From NCBI GenBank assembly GCA_049975065.1, contig JBNGDN010000001.1: 64,000 bases of DNA, one strand, 5' to 3'. This DNA is from Hydrogenovibrio sp. (lineage in GTDB: Bacteria > Pseudomonadota > Gammaproteobacteria > Thiomicrospirales > Thiomicrospiraceae). The position numbers and the translations under genes are program-made. The notes under the pieces are model-generated. The model searched no databases, had not been told where the DNA came from, and was given only the letters and a program-made list of their open reading frames with translations. Positions within the stretch are counted from its first letter, which is position 1. Each line of letters opens with the position of its first letter. This document shows positions 23,352-33,092 of this stretch, in pieces.

Positions 23352-24098
23352 ATGAAACGTTTTATACCCCTACTGATTTGCTCCTGGCTGGTTTTCGGCT
23401 TGTTCGGGTGTTCCACCAGTAATCATTATAAAGGTCAGGGTGATCCGTCCGCCTCCAAGGCTTCGCGGAGTGCTGAAAGAGGGGATTGTGGTGCCCTTTA
23501 TGTTGTTAAGTGGGGGGACACTTTGAGCGAAATCGCCGTTCGTTGCGGCGTTACGATGGCGGCTTTGGCCGAAGCGAATCATTTGGATCCACCCTATCGG
23601 ATTTATGTTCGTCAGGAGCTGGTAATGCCACAGGTGGGGCGAGCGTTTTCCGCTGACCGCTCGTCCAAGGTGCGCCCAAAAGCGCAAGCGAACGCCTCGG
23701 TTGCGCCCTCCAGGGTATCGTTTGCTTGGCCTGTCAAGCAAGCGTCCCCTTATCGTTTTGTGCGTGACAGTCGCGGGTTAAATAGTCTGGTGATTGATGG
23801 CACCGTTGGGGAAGGCGTGCATGCCATGGCGAACGGTGAAGTGGTTTATGCCGGGGATGGGATTCGTCAGTATGGCAATATGGTGGTGATTCGTCACGAT
23901 AATGGTTATTTGACGGTCTATGCACACAACGACAGCTTGCAAGTTAAAGAAGGTCAGCGGGTTAAAAAAGGCCAGTTGATTGCCACCTTAGGGCAAACGG
24001 GCACAGCCAAAAAACCGGAGTTGTTTGTGGAGGCGCGTTACCGTGGCAAAAAAGTGGACATCAAGCCACTGTTGAAGCTCACTCAGGCTTCGCCATAA
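23352..24098 (+). CDS. nlpD: LysM-domain M23 murein hydrolase activator (NlpD-like lipoprotein)
   Basis: Lipobox (LFGC), LysM (YVVKWGDTLSEIA...), C-terminal M23 domain (...VVIRHDNGYLTVYAHN...). Confidence 0.88.
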   Translation: MKRFIPLLICSWLVFGLFGCSTSNHYKGQGDPSASKASRSAERGDCGALYVVKWGDTLSEIAVRCGVTMAALAEANHLDPPYRIYVRQELVMPQVGRAFSADRSSKVRPKAQANASVAPSRVSFAWPVKQASPYRFVRDSRGLNSLVIDGTVGEGVHAMANGEVVYAGDGIRQYGNMVVIRHDNGYLTVYAHNDSLQVKEGQRVKKGQLIATLGQTGTAKKPELFVEARYRGKKVDIKPLLKLTQASP

Positions 24099-24459
24099 TG
24101 AGGCCGAGAACAATATTGCGATCTTCGGTGGTGAGGACATTGTAGGTTCGGCAAGCCGCGGCGTTGTCCATGACTTCAAGGCCAATGCCGTTTTGAGCGC
24201 AAAAACGAAACAGACTGGGGTCGGGAAAAATCTGCCGTTCACCGGTGCCGAGGATGATCACATCGGGTTTTAATGCAAACAGCGCTTTTAAATGGTTTTC
24301 GTCGAGTGCGTCCAGGCTGGGACAGTTCCAGTCGCTGTTCAGTTCATGCTGGCTCAAAAAGCAACTGCTGTCGATTTCAAATTCATTGATTTTGACCAGG
24401 CCTGGGCGATATTGTTTAACCGTCAAGATATTGGAATCTCGGTGTTCTGTGAATTTCAA
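24079..24459 (-). CDS. Mth938-like (DUF498) domain protein
   Basis: 126 aa with pattern ...PDVIILGTGERQIFP...GIGLEVMDNAAACRTYN.L..E.R.V. Its 3' end overlaps nlpD by 20 nt (convergent). Confidence 0.7.
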   Translation of the reverse strand: MKFTEHRDSNILTVKQYRPGLVKINEFEIDSSCFLSQHELNSDWNCPSLDALDENHLKALFALKPDVIILGTGERQIFPDPSLFRFCAQNGIGLEVMDNAAACRTYNVLTTEDRNIVLGLIMAKPE

Positions 24460-24494
24460 TTTCGACCTCCATTCTGTTGTCGTGGGTGTATCCG

Positions 24495-24595
24495 TTCGAA
24501 TCCGAAGTGCTAACCTGAAGGGTTCACAAGCTTGCTACTGAGCTTGCTGGCTTCTTGATTCCAATCGCCTGCAAATTTATCAATTTTCCGAACTG
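24495..24595 (+). repeat. Probable internally deleted, decayed copy of the 169-bp element
   Basis: Collinear blocks match the intact copies: ccgaa.tgc..aacct, ttcacaag, actgag, ttcttg, and tgcaaatttatcaattttccgaac (versus tgcaaatttgtgaaatattcgggtt). By eye about 60-65% identity with a roughly 50-bp internal gap. Confidence 0.4.
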
Positions 24596-24967
24596 AATTA
24601 TACCTAAGATACCGTCTGTGTTCGCAGTGGTTTTCATCTGTGGGAGAGCGGGGGGATACGGTCAATATTTCAATTGACGAAAGGAATTGTTTCTGTATCA
24701 TTAGTAGATTAAATCTCATTATACTTTCTGCCGAAAGCGTCGCTATTGCGCGGATTTTTTGTCTGCGTTGCTCTGAAGTCTCGAGGTTTCAAAACCGTCT
24801 GTCCTGTCTGGAAATCTTCCGAATCGCGGTGGTTTGAGGTGGTTTCGTTGGTTTTTCGGGCGCGCAGCCAGTCGGCTTGAATCCGGCAGACTGCTGGATT
24901 CGTTGCTGAAATAAACCGAAAGCGAGCGCGCATTTGGCAGAACCAATTTTAAAGGTTAAACACTCAA

Positions 24968-26164
24968 GTGACTGGCGACTTTCAAAGAATCAAACGACTT
25001 CCTCCCTATGTGTTCAATATCGTCGGCGACCTAAAAGCGCAAGCGCGACGGCGCGGTGAAGACATTATTGACTTTGGCATGGGGAACCCCGATCAGGATA
25101 CCCCGCAGCACATTGTCGATAAGCTTGTGGAAGTGGTTCAGCGTGAAGGCACCCATCGTTATTCTGTCTCGCAAGGCATTCCGCGGTTGCGCAAAGCCAT
25201 TTGCAATTGGTATAAAACCAAATTCGACGTGGATCTGGATATGGATACCGAAGCGGTGGTGACGATTGGTTCCAAAGAAGGCTTGGCGCACCTGGCGTTG
25301 GCCACAGTCGATAAAGGGGATACGGTGCTGGTGCCGAATCCGGCTTATCCCATTCATCCTTATGGATTTGTGATTGCCGGAGCCGATATTCGCCATGTGC
25401 GCATGACACCGGATGTGGGTTTTTTCGAGGAATTGGAAAAGGCCATAAAGGAATCCTGGCCGACGCCGAAAATGCTGGTGTTGAACTTTCCTGGGAATCC
25501 GACCACGCAAACCGTGGAATTGGAATTTTTTGAAAAAGTCGTGGCCATCGCGAAAGAGCACGATATTTGGGTGATTCATGATTTGGCGTATGCCGATATT
25601 GTGTTTGACGGCTACCAATCACCCTCGATTCTGCAGGTGGAGGGGGCGAAAGACATTGCCGTGGAATTTTACACCCTGTCGAAAAGTTACAATATGCCTG
25701 GCTGGCGTGTCGGCTTTATGGTTGGAAATCCAGACCTGGTGAATGCGTTGAAACGCATGAAATCCTATCTGGACTATGGCACTTTTACCCCCATTCAGGT
25801 GGCAGCGATTGCGGCATTGGAAGGACCGCAGGAGTGTGTTCAGGAAATTTGTGATATGTATCGTGTTCGGCGGGATGTGCTGTGTCAGGGATTGAACAGC
25901 ATCGGCTGGGAAGTCGAGCCGCCGAAGGCGACCATGTTTGTCTGGGCACCGATTCCCCCCGCCTATCGAGAAATGGGGTCTTTGGAGTTTTCGAAAAAAC
26001 TGCTAACCGACGCTAAGGTAGCGGTTTCTCCTGGGATTGGTTTTGGTGACTATGGCGACGATCATGTCCGTTTTGGTTTGATTGAAAATGAACATCGCAC
26101 TCGTCAGGCGATTCGCGGCATTCGGGATATGTTCCGCAAAGATGGGTTGATCAACGTTAAATAA
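24968..26164 (+). CDS. alaC: Class I/II aminotransferase (AlaC/YfdZ-like alanine transaminase)
   Basis: [38 protein letters not shown] closely parallels the E. coli AlaC N-terminus; PLP lysine context [14 protein letters not shown] start. Confidence 0.85.
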   Translation: MTGDFQRIKRLPPYVFNIVGDLKAQARRRGEDIIDFGMGNPDQDTPQHIVDKLVEVVQREGTHRYSVSQGIPRLRKAICNWYKTKFDVDLDMDTEAVVTIGSKEGLAHLALATVDKGDTVLVPNPAYPIHPYGFVIAGADIRHVRMTPDVGFFEELEKAIKESWPTPKMLVLNFPGNPTTQTVELEFFEKVVAIAKEHDIWVIHDLAYADIVFDGYQSPSILQVEGAKDIAVEFYTLSKSYNMPGWRVGFMVGNPDLVNALKRMKSYLDYGTFTPIQVAAIAALEGPQECVQEICDMYRVRRDVLCQGLNSIGWEVEPPKATMFVWAPIPPAYREMGSLEFSKKLLTDAKVAVSPGIGFGDYGDDHVRFGLIENEHRTRQAIRGIRDMFRKDGLINVK

Positions 26165-26177
26165 ATTTGGAGTCAGT

Positions 26178-27497
26178 GTGAAGCAAGTTAAGTTAGGTTT
26201 GTTAGGTTTGGGTACCGTCGGTGGTGGCACCGCTCAGATTCTTCAGGAGTCGTTGCCGGAAATTGAGCGTCGTTTGGGCGGAGATGTAACGCTCCGCATC
26301 ATTCATGTCGCAGTACGGGAGCTGAACCGGACAAGACCGCTTGAAATTGACGGTGCCGTGATGACCGATCAGCCGATGGATGTGGTGAATAATCCGGATG
26401 TGGACATCGTTGTGGAATTGATGGGCGGCACAAGCCTGGCGAAAACGTGCATTGAAACGGCGATTGAAAAGGGTAAATCGATTGTCACTGCGAACAAAGC
26501 CCTGATTGCCGAGCATGGTAATGCGCTGTTTCAAAAAGCCCAAGAACAAGGCGTGTCCATTGCTTATGAGGCGGCCGTGGCAGGGGGGATTCCCATTATC
26601 AAAGCCTTGCGCGAAGGCCTGGCCGCCAACCGCATTGACTGGGTAGCGGGGATCATTAACGGTACCGGTAACTACATCCTGACAGAAATGAAAACACCGG
26701 ATGCGGACTTTGCAAAAGTGCTGAAAACCGCCCAAGAGTTGGGTTACGCCGAAGCCGATCCGACCTTTGATGTGGAAGGCATTGACGCGGCACACAAACT
26801 CACGATTCTGGCATCCATTGCGTTTGGCATTGAATTGCAGTTTGAACGGGTTTACACCGAAGGCATCAGCCAAATCACAGCGGAAGATATTCGCTTTGCC
26901 GAGCAGTTGGGGTATGAAATTAAGCATCTGGGAATTGCCAGTCGAGCGGAAGACGGCTTTTCGTTGCGCGTCCACCCGACATTGGTGCCAAAATCGGTAT
27001 TATTGGCGCAGGTCAACGGCGTCATGAATGCGGTGATGGTGCACGGCAACCATGTTGGACCGACACTCTATTACGGGCCGGGTGCCGGTGCCGGGCCAAC
27101 CGCCAGTGCGGTGGTGGCGGACATCATTGATCTGGTCCGTGCCGCGCATCAACCGGTCGCGGATCGTGTGCCCCCCTTAGGCTTCGGGTTGCATCAGCTG
27201 ACCTCAGCCCCCGTCTTGCCGATTGAGGCGATTGACTCGGCCTATTACCTTCGGTGTTTTGCAAAGGATAACGCCGGTGTGTTGGCGCAGTTGAGCGCCA
27301 CCCTGGCGGAGCATCACATCAATATTGAGTTGCTGCATCAAGAGCCATCCTCTCAGAATCCGGAGGATGCCACGGTGGTGATTATCACCAACCAAGTGAA
27401 AGAATCTGAAATGAATCGCGCGCTTAAAAAGCTGGAAGCTATGCCTGCAATTGATGGCGAAATCATGCGCATTCGAGTCGGTGCGCTCGACGCTTGA
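26178..27497 (+). CDS. hom: Homoserine dehydrogenase
   Basis: N-terminal GLLGLGTVGGG Rossmann motif and a C-terminal ACT domain. 439 aa. GTG start. Confidence 0.95.
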   Translation: MKQVKLGLLGLGTVGGGTAQILQESLPEIERRLGGDVTLRIIHVAVRELNRTRPLEIDGAVMTDQPMDVVNNPDVDIVVELMGGTSLAKTCIETAIEKGKSIVTANKALIAEHGNALFQKAQEQGVSIAYEAAVAGGIPIIKALREGLAANRIDWVAGIINGTGNYILTEMKTPDADFAKVLKTAQELGYAEADPTFDVEGIDAAHKLTILASIAFGIELQFERVYTEGISQITAEDIRFAEQLGYEIKHLGIASRAEDGFSLRVHPTLVPKSVLLAQVNGVMNAVMVHGNHVGPTLYYGPGAGAGPTASAVVADIIDLVRAAHQPVADRVPPLGFGLHQLTSAPVLPIEAIDSAYYLRCFAKDNAGVLAQLSATLAEHHINIELLHQEPSSQNPEDATVVIITNQVKESEMNRALKKLEAMPAIDGEIMRIRVGALDA

Positions 27498-27533
27498 GCG
27501 GATTTAACCCAACATTTTCGCTAGGTCACACGC

Positions 27534-28586
27534 ATGTCTAAGTCCTCTTTGGCGCTCACTCTGTGGGTGCCCAATCTGCTGACGGAAGCCGTTTGCAGTG
27601 CCCTCCGGGAAGCGGCTCCTTCCGAGTTGTCTGCGAAAGCCTTTCCGGCGCTGACCACTTTGATGTCGCGTGCCGATGTATTTTCGGTCAAGTCGCAGTC
27701 GATTTACGACACAGGCGCCTATCTGTTTCATCAGACGGTTTCGCAGCCGCCAGCGGCAACCATGGCCTTGGCACAGTTAGCAGACTTCGAGGTGGCCGAT
27801 TTTTGGTTGAGAGCCGAACTCTGCCAGATGATTCCGGATCGCGACTCCTTGGTGCTGATTCCAGCGGCGGATTTAGGGGTTTCTGAGGCCGAAGCGGAGG
27901 CTTTGCGGTTGGCCTTTAACGAATACTTTGCATTGGATGGCGTTCGGCTGGAAGCCGGTGGGCGAACGGATTGGTATTTGCGCTTGCCGCAAACGGTGGA
28001 TGTGCATACCTTTCCCTTGCCAGAGGTCGCTTATCGCCACGTTCAATCCTGTTATCCGAGTGGGCATGCGGCACCCTATTGGCGGCAATTGATGAATGAA
28101 GCGCAAATGCTGTTCTTCAGTCATCCGGTCAATGAAGCGCGGCGAGAAGCCGGCCGTCCGGAAATCAACAGCCTCTGGTTTTGGGGCGAGGGAGCTTTGG
28201 ATCTAAAGGGGGCGGTGCGCCGACCAAATGCCAATGTGTGTTCGGATGATCTTTACTTTCAAGGGTTGGCAAAGCTCACCCAAGCAGGCTGTCAGCCAGA
28301 ACCGATAAACTACCAGGCCTGGTCGGAATCGGCTTTGGCGATGGCTCAACCTCTGTCGCATCATTTGATTCACCTTGACCGAGCCGCACCGCGGGACGGC
28401 ACGCTTTCGGATTGGCTTTCGCAGTTGCACAGGCTTGAAGCCGATTGGTTTGCGCCCTTGTTGGCGGCCTTGCGGCAAGGGGCGCTGCACTCGTTATTCA
28501 TTGACGTGGGGCGGCCTCAGCGTTATCACTTAAAGCCGACGCACCTTCGCCGCTTCTGGCGACGTCGCAAATCGATTGTGCTTTGA
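27534..28586 (+). CDS. Conserved-looking hypothetical protein embedded between hom and thrC
   Basis: 350-aa ORF, 36 nt after the hom stop. Its composition resembles the neighbouring genes. I recognise no family. Confidence 0.6.
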   Translation: MSKSSLALTLWVPNLLTEAVCSALREAAPSELSAKAFPALTTLMSRADVFSVKSQSIYDTGAYLFHQTVSQPPAATMALAQLADFEVADFWLRAELCQMIPDRDSLVLIPAADLGVSEAEAEALRLAFNEYFALDGVRLEAGGRTDWYLRLPQTVDVHTFPLPEVAYRHVQSCYPSGHAAPYWRQLMNEAQMLFFSHPVNEARREAGRPEINSLWFWGEGALDLKGAVRRPNANVCSDDLYFQGLAKLTQAGCQPEPINYQAWSESALAMAQPLSHHLIHLDRAAPRDGTLSDWLSQLHRLEADWFAPLLAALRQGALHSLFIDVGRPQRYHLKPTHLRRFWRRRKSIVL

Positions 28587-28733
28587 TACGCGATGCTGGT
28601 CAGCCTGACGGATGGGGATTTTTGGGTGAAACTTTTGTATAATTTAAACCCGAACGTTTACTCTGTTTTAGGCCGTCCGACGGCCAAATTCTGACAACAC
28701 GACTTATACGACTTATACGAAACTGGAACCCTT

Positions 28734-30209
28734 ATGCAATTTATCGAAACCCGTGGTAATGACGGTCACAGACCAACCTCAATTCGTTTCTCGCAAGCCA
28801 TTTTAAGCCCTATGTCGTCTTTTGGTGGCATTTATTCGCCGGAAAGTCTGACGCATTTTGATTTGGATTTTCTGCAATCGCATTTGGATTCCGACTACAA
28901 AGCGTTGGCCAAAGCCATTCTGGACTTGTTTGAAGTGGACATTGATGGCCAAGTGATTGATGAGGCGTTGTCGTTATACGATGCCTTTGATGACCCAACC
29001 AATCCGGTGCCGGTGGTCAAGGTGTACGACGATCTCTACGTCAGCGAACTGTATCACGGGCCGACCCGCGCCTTTAAGGATATGGCGTTACAACCTTTCG
29101 GCAAGGTGCTGTCATCCGTGGCGCAGGCCAATAATGAGCAATATCTGATACTGGCGGCCACCAGCGGCGATACCGGGCCGGCGGCACTGGAGACCTTTAA
29201 AAACCGTGATAAGGTTCAGGTGGTTTGCCTCTACCCGGACGGCGGTACTTCCGATGTGCAGCGGCTGCAAATGGTCACGGAAGAGGCACCGAATTTAAAA
29301 GTCATTGGCATTCGCGGTGATTTTGATGATGCGCAGACGGCGTTGAAAACGCTGTTGGTATCCGAATCGTTTCGGGCGACATTGCAAACCAAGCACATTT
29401 CGTTGTCCGCCGCCAACTCAGTGAATTTCGGCCGCATTATTTTTCAGACCATTTACCACATTCACAGTTATTTGGAACTGGTTCGCCAAGGTGCCATTGC
29501 ACTGGGCGATCGTGTGTATCTGAACGTGCCGAGCGGTAATTTCGGTAATGCGTTGGGCGGCTATTATGCGCTGAAAATGGGGTTGCCGGTCGAGCAGATC
29601 CACATTGCCTCCAACCAAAATAATGTATTGACCCGTTTTATTCAGACAGGTGAATACGATCTGCGCGACGCCGGTGTGATTCCCACGACCTCACCGGCGA
29701 TGGATATATTGAAATCGTCCAATATCGAACGAATTCTGTTTGATTTGTTCGGTGCGCAGCGAACCAAAGAGCTGATGCAGCAGTTGGATGAGCACAAATT
29801 CTATCAGCTAGCGGACGATGAGCTGAAAGCGGTTCAGGCGATTTTTGCCGCCGATTACTGCACCGATCAGGAAGGAAAGGATTACATTCGGGCGGCGTTT
29901 GATGAAGGCTATTTAATGTGTCCACACACCGCCACCTGTTTTAAGGTTTACGATACCTGTCGTGCAGACAAATCACTCAAAACCATCGCTTATTCCACTG
30001 CGGAATGGACAAAGTTTTCGCCGGTGATTGCGGATGCCTTGACCGGTCAGAAATTTGAACATGACAAGGAGGCCTTAGAGATGATTTCGCAAAAAGCGCG
30101 CGTTGCGATTCCATCGCAGATATCCGATCTGTTCGATAAAGACATTGCTCAAAAAGCGGTGATCGATAAAACCGACATACAGCAAACCATTCTGGCGTTT
30201 TTAGCGTAA
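28734..30209 (+). CDS. thrC: Threonine synthase (long form)
   Basis: PLP-lysine context HGPTRAFKDMALQ; 491 aa; follows hom. Confidence 0.92.
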   Translation: MQFIETRGNDGHRPTSIRFSQAILSPMSSFGGIYSPESLTHFDLDFLQSHLDSDYKALAKAILDLFEVDIDGQVIDEALSLYDAFDDPTNPVPVVKVYDDLYVSELYHGPTRAFKDMALQPFGKVLSSVAQANNEQYLILAATSGDTGPAALETFKNRDKVQVVCLYPDGGTSDVQRLQMVTEEAPNLKVIGIRGDFDDAQTALKTLLVSESFRATLQTKHISLSAANSVNFGRIIFQTIYHIHSYLELVRQGAIALGDRVYLNVPSGNFGNALGGYYALKMGLPVEQIHIASNQNNVLTRFIQTGEYDLRDAGVIPTTSPAMDILKSSNIERILFDLFGAQRTKELMQQLDEHKFYQLADDELKAVQAIFAADYCTDQEGKDYIRAAFDEGYLMCPHTATCFKVYDTCRADKSLKTIAYSTAEWTKFSPVIADALTGQKFEHDKEALEMISQKARVAIPSQISDLFDKDIAQKAVIDKTDIQQTILAFLA

Positions 30210-30234
30210 ACGCAAAAGCGGCGATTGCACTTTT

Positions 30235-32118
30235 TCAGCCGGGCTGCAAGGTGACGATTTTCAGTTGCAGTCGGGTTCGCCCATGAAAGGTGTTCAGGTC
30301 TGGTTGATAGACACACAGCACTTTTTGCGGCGGCTGAAATGGATCGGGCGTGTCGGCAGACGATTTGGCGTGAAAGTAAATCCCTGAGAAGACGGCACCA
30401 CTTTCGCCCTGTAATTTCACCGCTAAATGGGTTTGAGTTTGCCCAACGCAACGGGATTCGATCAAGGTAAACGTCCCTTGAAAAATCGGTTTCGGCCATT
30501 CACGACCGTAGGGTTCCAGTTGGCTCAGTTCCTGGATCAGAGCCGGTGTCAACTGAGCGTCGGTTAGGGTGCCATCTGTGTCAAGGGTGGGGATGGGGGC
30601 TTGCCCCTTGAGTTGGCAACGAATCGCCTCTTCAAACAGTTCCGAAAACACCGCGTATTTTTCAATGGCAATCATGCAGCCGGCCGCGCCTTTGTGCCCC
30701 CCCATGGATTCAAACAGTCCTGAGTGTTGTTCGGCCATCCATTGAAAGGCTTCGCGCAGGTCGATGTCGGGCACAATACCGCGTCCGCTGCCGGCCAAAT
30801 AGCCATCCTGTAAATCGGTCATGGCAATGGTCGGCAGTCCGAAAGCGTCACCGATTCGGGAGGCGATAATGCCTTGAATCCCAGCGTTGCCTTGCATTTG
30901 GATGCACAGGGTGAATTTGGCCTCGTGATAGAGTTGTTCTGCCTGTTGTCGCGCCTGGGCAAGCATGATTTCCTGTTGCTGACGGCGTTCCAGATTATCC
31001 TCATCCAGTTGTTTTAGGTGACGGCTGGCTTCCGCCAGAGAGGTGGCATTGAGAAATTTGAATGCGGTGGTGACATCGCTTACTCGGCTGGCGGCATTGA
31101 TGCGGGTGGCTACTTGGAATCCAAGGTATTCCGCATTGAAGGCCTGTCCTTGATTGTCGTGCATTTGGCGTAAGGCTTGCCAAGCCGGTTGATTCAAACC
31201 GTTGATGTCCGCTAGGCCGGAAAGCACCACGGCACGATTATTCAAACTTTTCAGGCTGACACTGTCGGCCACCGTGCCCAAGGCAACATTGGAGGTTAAG
31301 CTTTTCAGACTGGGGCTGTCTTTTGGGATGCGCCCACGGCGAATCAGTTCCTGCCGAACTTGAGTCATCACCAGAAAAATCACAAAACATCCTGCCACTG
31401 TCTGGTCGTATTGACAGCCAGGCTGTTGTGGGTTGACGGTGCAGATGGCGCTTGCCGGTGTGCCTTCTAATGGAATTTGGTGATGGTCGGTCACGCAAAC
31501 CGGAATGCCTTGGTTGGCGAGGCGCTGAATCCGTGCTTCGTCACTGGAACCCTGATCGGCTGAGATCACGAGATCGATCGGCGCTTCAATGGCGAGAATG
31601 CGATCCACCACCTCATCGGTAATGCCATAGCCTTCACGTCTTTCGCTGATAACGTGCTCCAAACGATGCGCCGGCACGCCAAAATAATCAATGAGCGCGT
31701 GGCTGGCGACCCAGGCCGAGGTCACGCCGTCTGTATCGTAGTCGGTGGCCAGAACGATTTGGCCGTTGGATTCAACCGCGTCCGCAATCAGCCTAGCGGC
31801 TGTGTCGGCGTTTTTCAGTTCCTTGGGGTGCTGAAGGTATTGCAGTTTGGGGAAAACGAGTTTGCGCACTTCGTCCGCCAGAATACCGGGTGGCAGATCG
31901 CTGGGTTGCAATCGCTGCCCGACCAGTTTGGCTTGCAGCGGCGTTAAACCGATGGCGAGCGCCGCCTCGAAAATTTCTCGGTTGGGCTGCCGTTCGGTAA
32001 TGCGCGGCGTTTTTGGCGTTGGGTTGGGTCGATGTATCTTTGCGTCGCTGGGGTGAGAATCGGTGGATTTAAAAGTATCAGACATAAGGAAGATTTTAGC
32101 ATGATTCTGTATTTGCAT
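30235..32118 (-). CDS. recJ: Single-stranded-DNA-specific exonuclease RecJ
   Basis: DHH motifs (ATDYDTDGVTS, VTDHH) and a DHHA1 region (GGHKGAAG). Start is uncertain (32118 or the ATG at 32085). Confidence 0.9.
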   Translation of the reverse strand: MQIQNHAKIFLMSDTFKSTDSHPSDAKIHRPNPTPKTPRITERQPNREIFEAALAIGLTPLQAKLVGQRLQPSDLPPGILADEVRKLVFPKLQYLQHPKELKNADTAARLIADAVESNGQIVLATDYDTDGVTSAWVASHALIDYFGVPAHRLEHVISERREGYGITDEVVDRILAIEAPIDLVISADQGSSDEARIQRLANQGIPVCVTDHHQIPLEGTPASAICTVNPQQPGCQYDQTVAGCFVIFLVMTQVRQELIRRGRIPKDSPSLKSLTSNVALGTVADSVSLKSLNNRAVVLSGLADINGLNQPAWQALRQMHDNQGQAFNAEYLGFQVATRINAASRVSDVTTAFKFLNATSLAEASRHLKQLDEDNLERRQQQEIMLAQARQQAEQLYHEAKFTLCIQMQGNAGIQGIIASRIGDAFGLPTIAMTDLQDGYLAGSGRGIVPDIDLREAFQWMAEQHSGLFESMGGHKGAAGCMIAIEKYAVFSELFEEAIRCQLKGQAPIPTLDTDGTLTDAQLTPALIQELSQLEPYGREWPKPIFQGTFTLIESRCVGQTQTHLAVKLQGESGAVFSGIYFHAKSSADTPDPFQPPQKVLCVYQPDLNTFHGRTRLQLKIVTLQPG

Positions 32119-32703
32119 GGTTTTTTAAGCACGGGAAACAGCTATAAAGCACAATGGATACGCCAAGCGTTTGCGTCATTGAATAAGCCAGGCCTGGCGG
32201 TATTGACACCCACCTATCCGATGGTTTCGCCGCAGGCTTCAATGGCGGCCATTGAGCGGTGTGTGTTGGAGGCGGGGCTGCAGAATCACCAGGCCTGGTG
32301 TGTTTTCGGTTCCTCCATGGGCGGATTTTACGGTCGCTATATCGCCCAGCGTTATGGTGTCGGTGTGTGTATGATTAACCCGGCCTTGCAGCCTGAGCCG
32401 ATACTGCGCCCACACCTTGGAGAGCATCGGCATCCGAGTAGCGGTGAGGTGATAACGCTCAATGAATCTTATCTGCAGAATTTGCACGCTTATCAATCCG
32501 ATGTGGACCCACAACAGATGGCCTTAGTGTTACTGGATAAGGGCGATGAGGTGATTCCGTATGAATCGGCTTTTGAGGCTTACAATCCACTGGGACAGGT
32601 GCGGCTGTTTGAGGGCGGTGATCATGCGTTTCAGCATCTCGACCAGGCCTGGCCGGATATGGTGCGGTTTGTGGAACAGACGGTGGGGGTGTCTTTATCT
32701 TAG
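32101..32703 (+). CDS. yqiA: YqiA-family alpha/beta esterase
   Basis: MILYLHGF..., GSSMGG nucleophile elbow, GGDHAF near the C-terminus; collinear with E. coli YqiA. AAGGAAG lies upstream of ATG 32101; the track ORF starts at 32032. Confidence 0.78.
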   Translation: MILYLHGFLSTGNSYKAQWIRQAFASLNKPGLAVLTPTYPMVSPQASMAAIERCVLEAGLQNHQAWCVFGSSMGGFYGRYIAQRYGVGVCMINPALQPEPILRPHLGEHRHPSSGEVITLNESYLQNLHAYQSDVDPQQMALVLLDKGDEVIPYESAFEAYNPLGQVRLFEGGDHAFQHLDQAWPDMVRFVEQTVGVSLS

Positions 32704-32726
32704 GCTGGGTGGCGGCACTGTTCGGA

Positions 32727-32948
32727 TTAGGCCATAATGTCAATAAGGGTGCCAATCATATCGTCTGCGGTTTTCAAGGCTTTGGCCGAGCTTTCCACCT
32801 GAGTTTCGGTTTGTTTCATGCTGACCAGCGGTTCGGCTTTATTGGGATTGTTCATGTTCGCCAATTTCTGGCTGTCCTGATCCAACTGGTTAAAGCCGCT
32901 CTGAATGCCTTGATAGGCATAGGCTCCGGCGGTGGTTGAAATGTCCAT
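32727..32948 (-). CDS. Small YjfB-like (putative motility) protein
   Basis: 73 aa. MDIS... N-terminus, Gln/Ser-rich middle and ...GTLIDIMA C-terminus resemble the YjfB motility family. The similarity is weak and judged from memory. Confidence 0.45.
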   Translation of the reverse strand: MDISTTAGAYAYQGIQSGFNQLDQDSQKLANMNNPNKAEPLVSMKQTETQVESSAKALKTADDMIGTLIDIMA

Positions 32949-33092
32949 GCTGATCTCCTAAAACTCGAAATGCAATCGAAAAGGCTCAAATTATAAGCGG
33001 TAAACGAGGCATTCGATCTGGCCTCTCGTTCCGCCAAAGGGTTTGAAAATTGCTTAGAAACCGCGAATTCATAACTTTAGTTTACGCGCTTT

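Noticed and set aside
24488-24512. tRNA/tmRNA-like T-loop motif gttcgaatcc
   Set aside because: The flanks (atccg / ccgaa) do not form a T-stem, and no acceptor or anticodon arms can be drawn. The segment is better explained as part of a decayed copy of the 169-bp repeat.
25031-26975. Antisense ORFs of 185-257 aa inside alaC and hom (25031-25618, 25065-25622, 26202-26975)
   Set aside because: These are shadow frames of conserved genes with biased His/Arg/Phe-rich composition. The same reasoning applies to 18661-19326 (opposite eno), 16610-17098 (pyrG), 39889-40416 (ligA), 42828-43616 (an alternative frame on the EamA gene strand) and 44245-44697 (S24 peptidase).
32032-32100. Long N-terminal extensions of several track ORFs (yqiA 32032, hypothetical 50883, nadB 57738, cheW 55258, rnc 62728, eno 18547, skp 713, cytochrome c 11162)
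   Set aside because: Internal starts with good Shine-Dalgarno spacing match the N-termini of homologues. The extensions would also overlap neighbouring genes or spacers.
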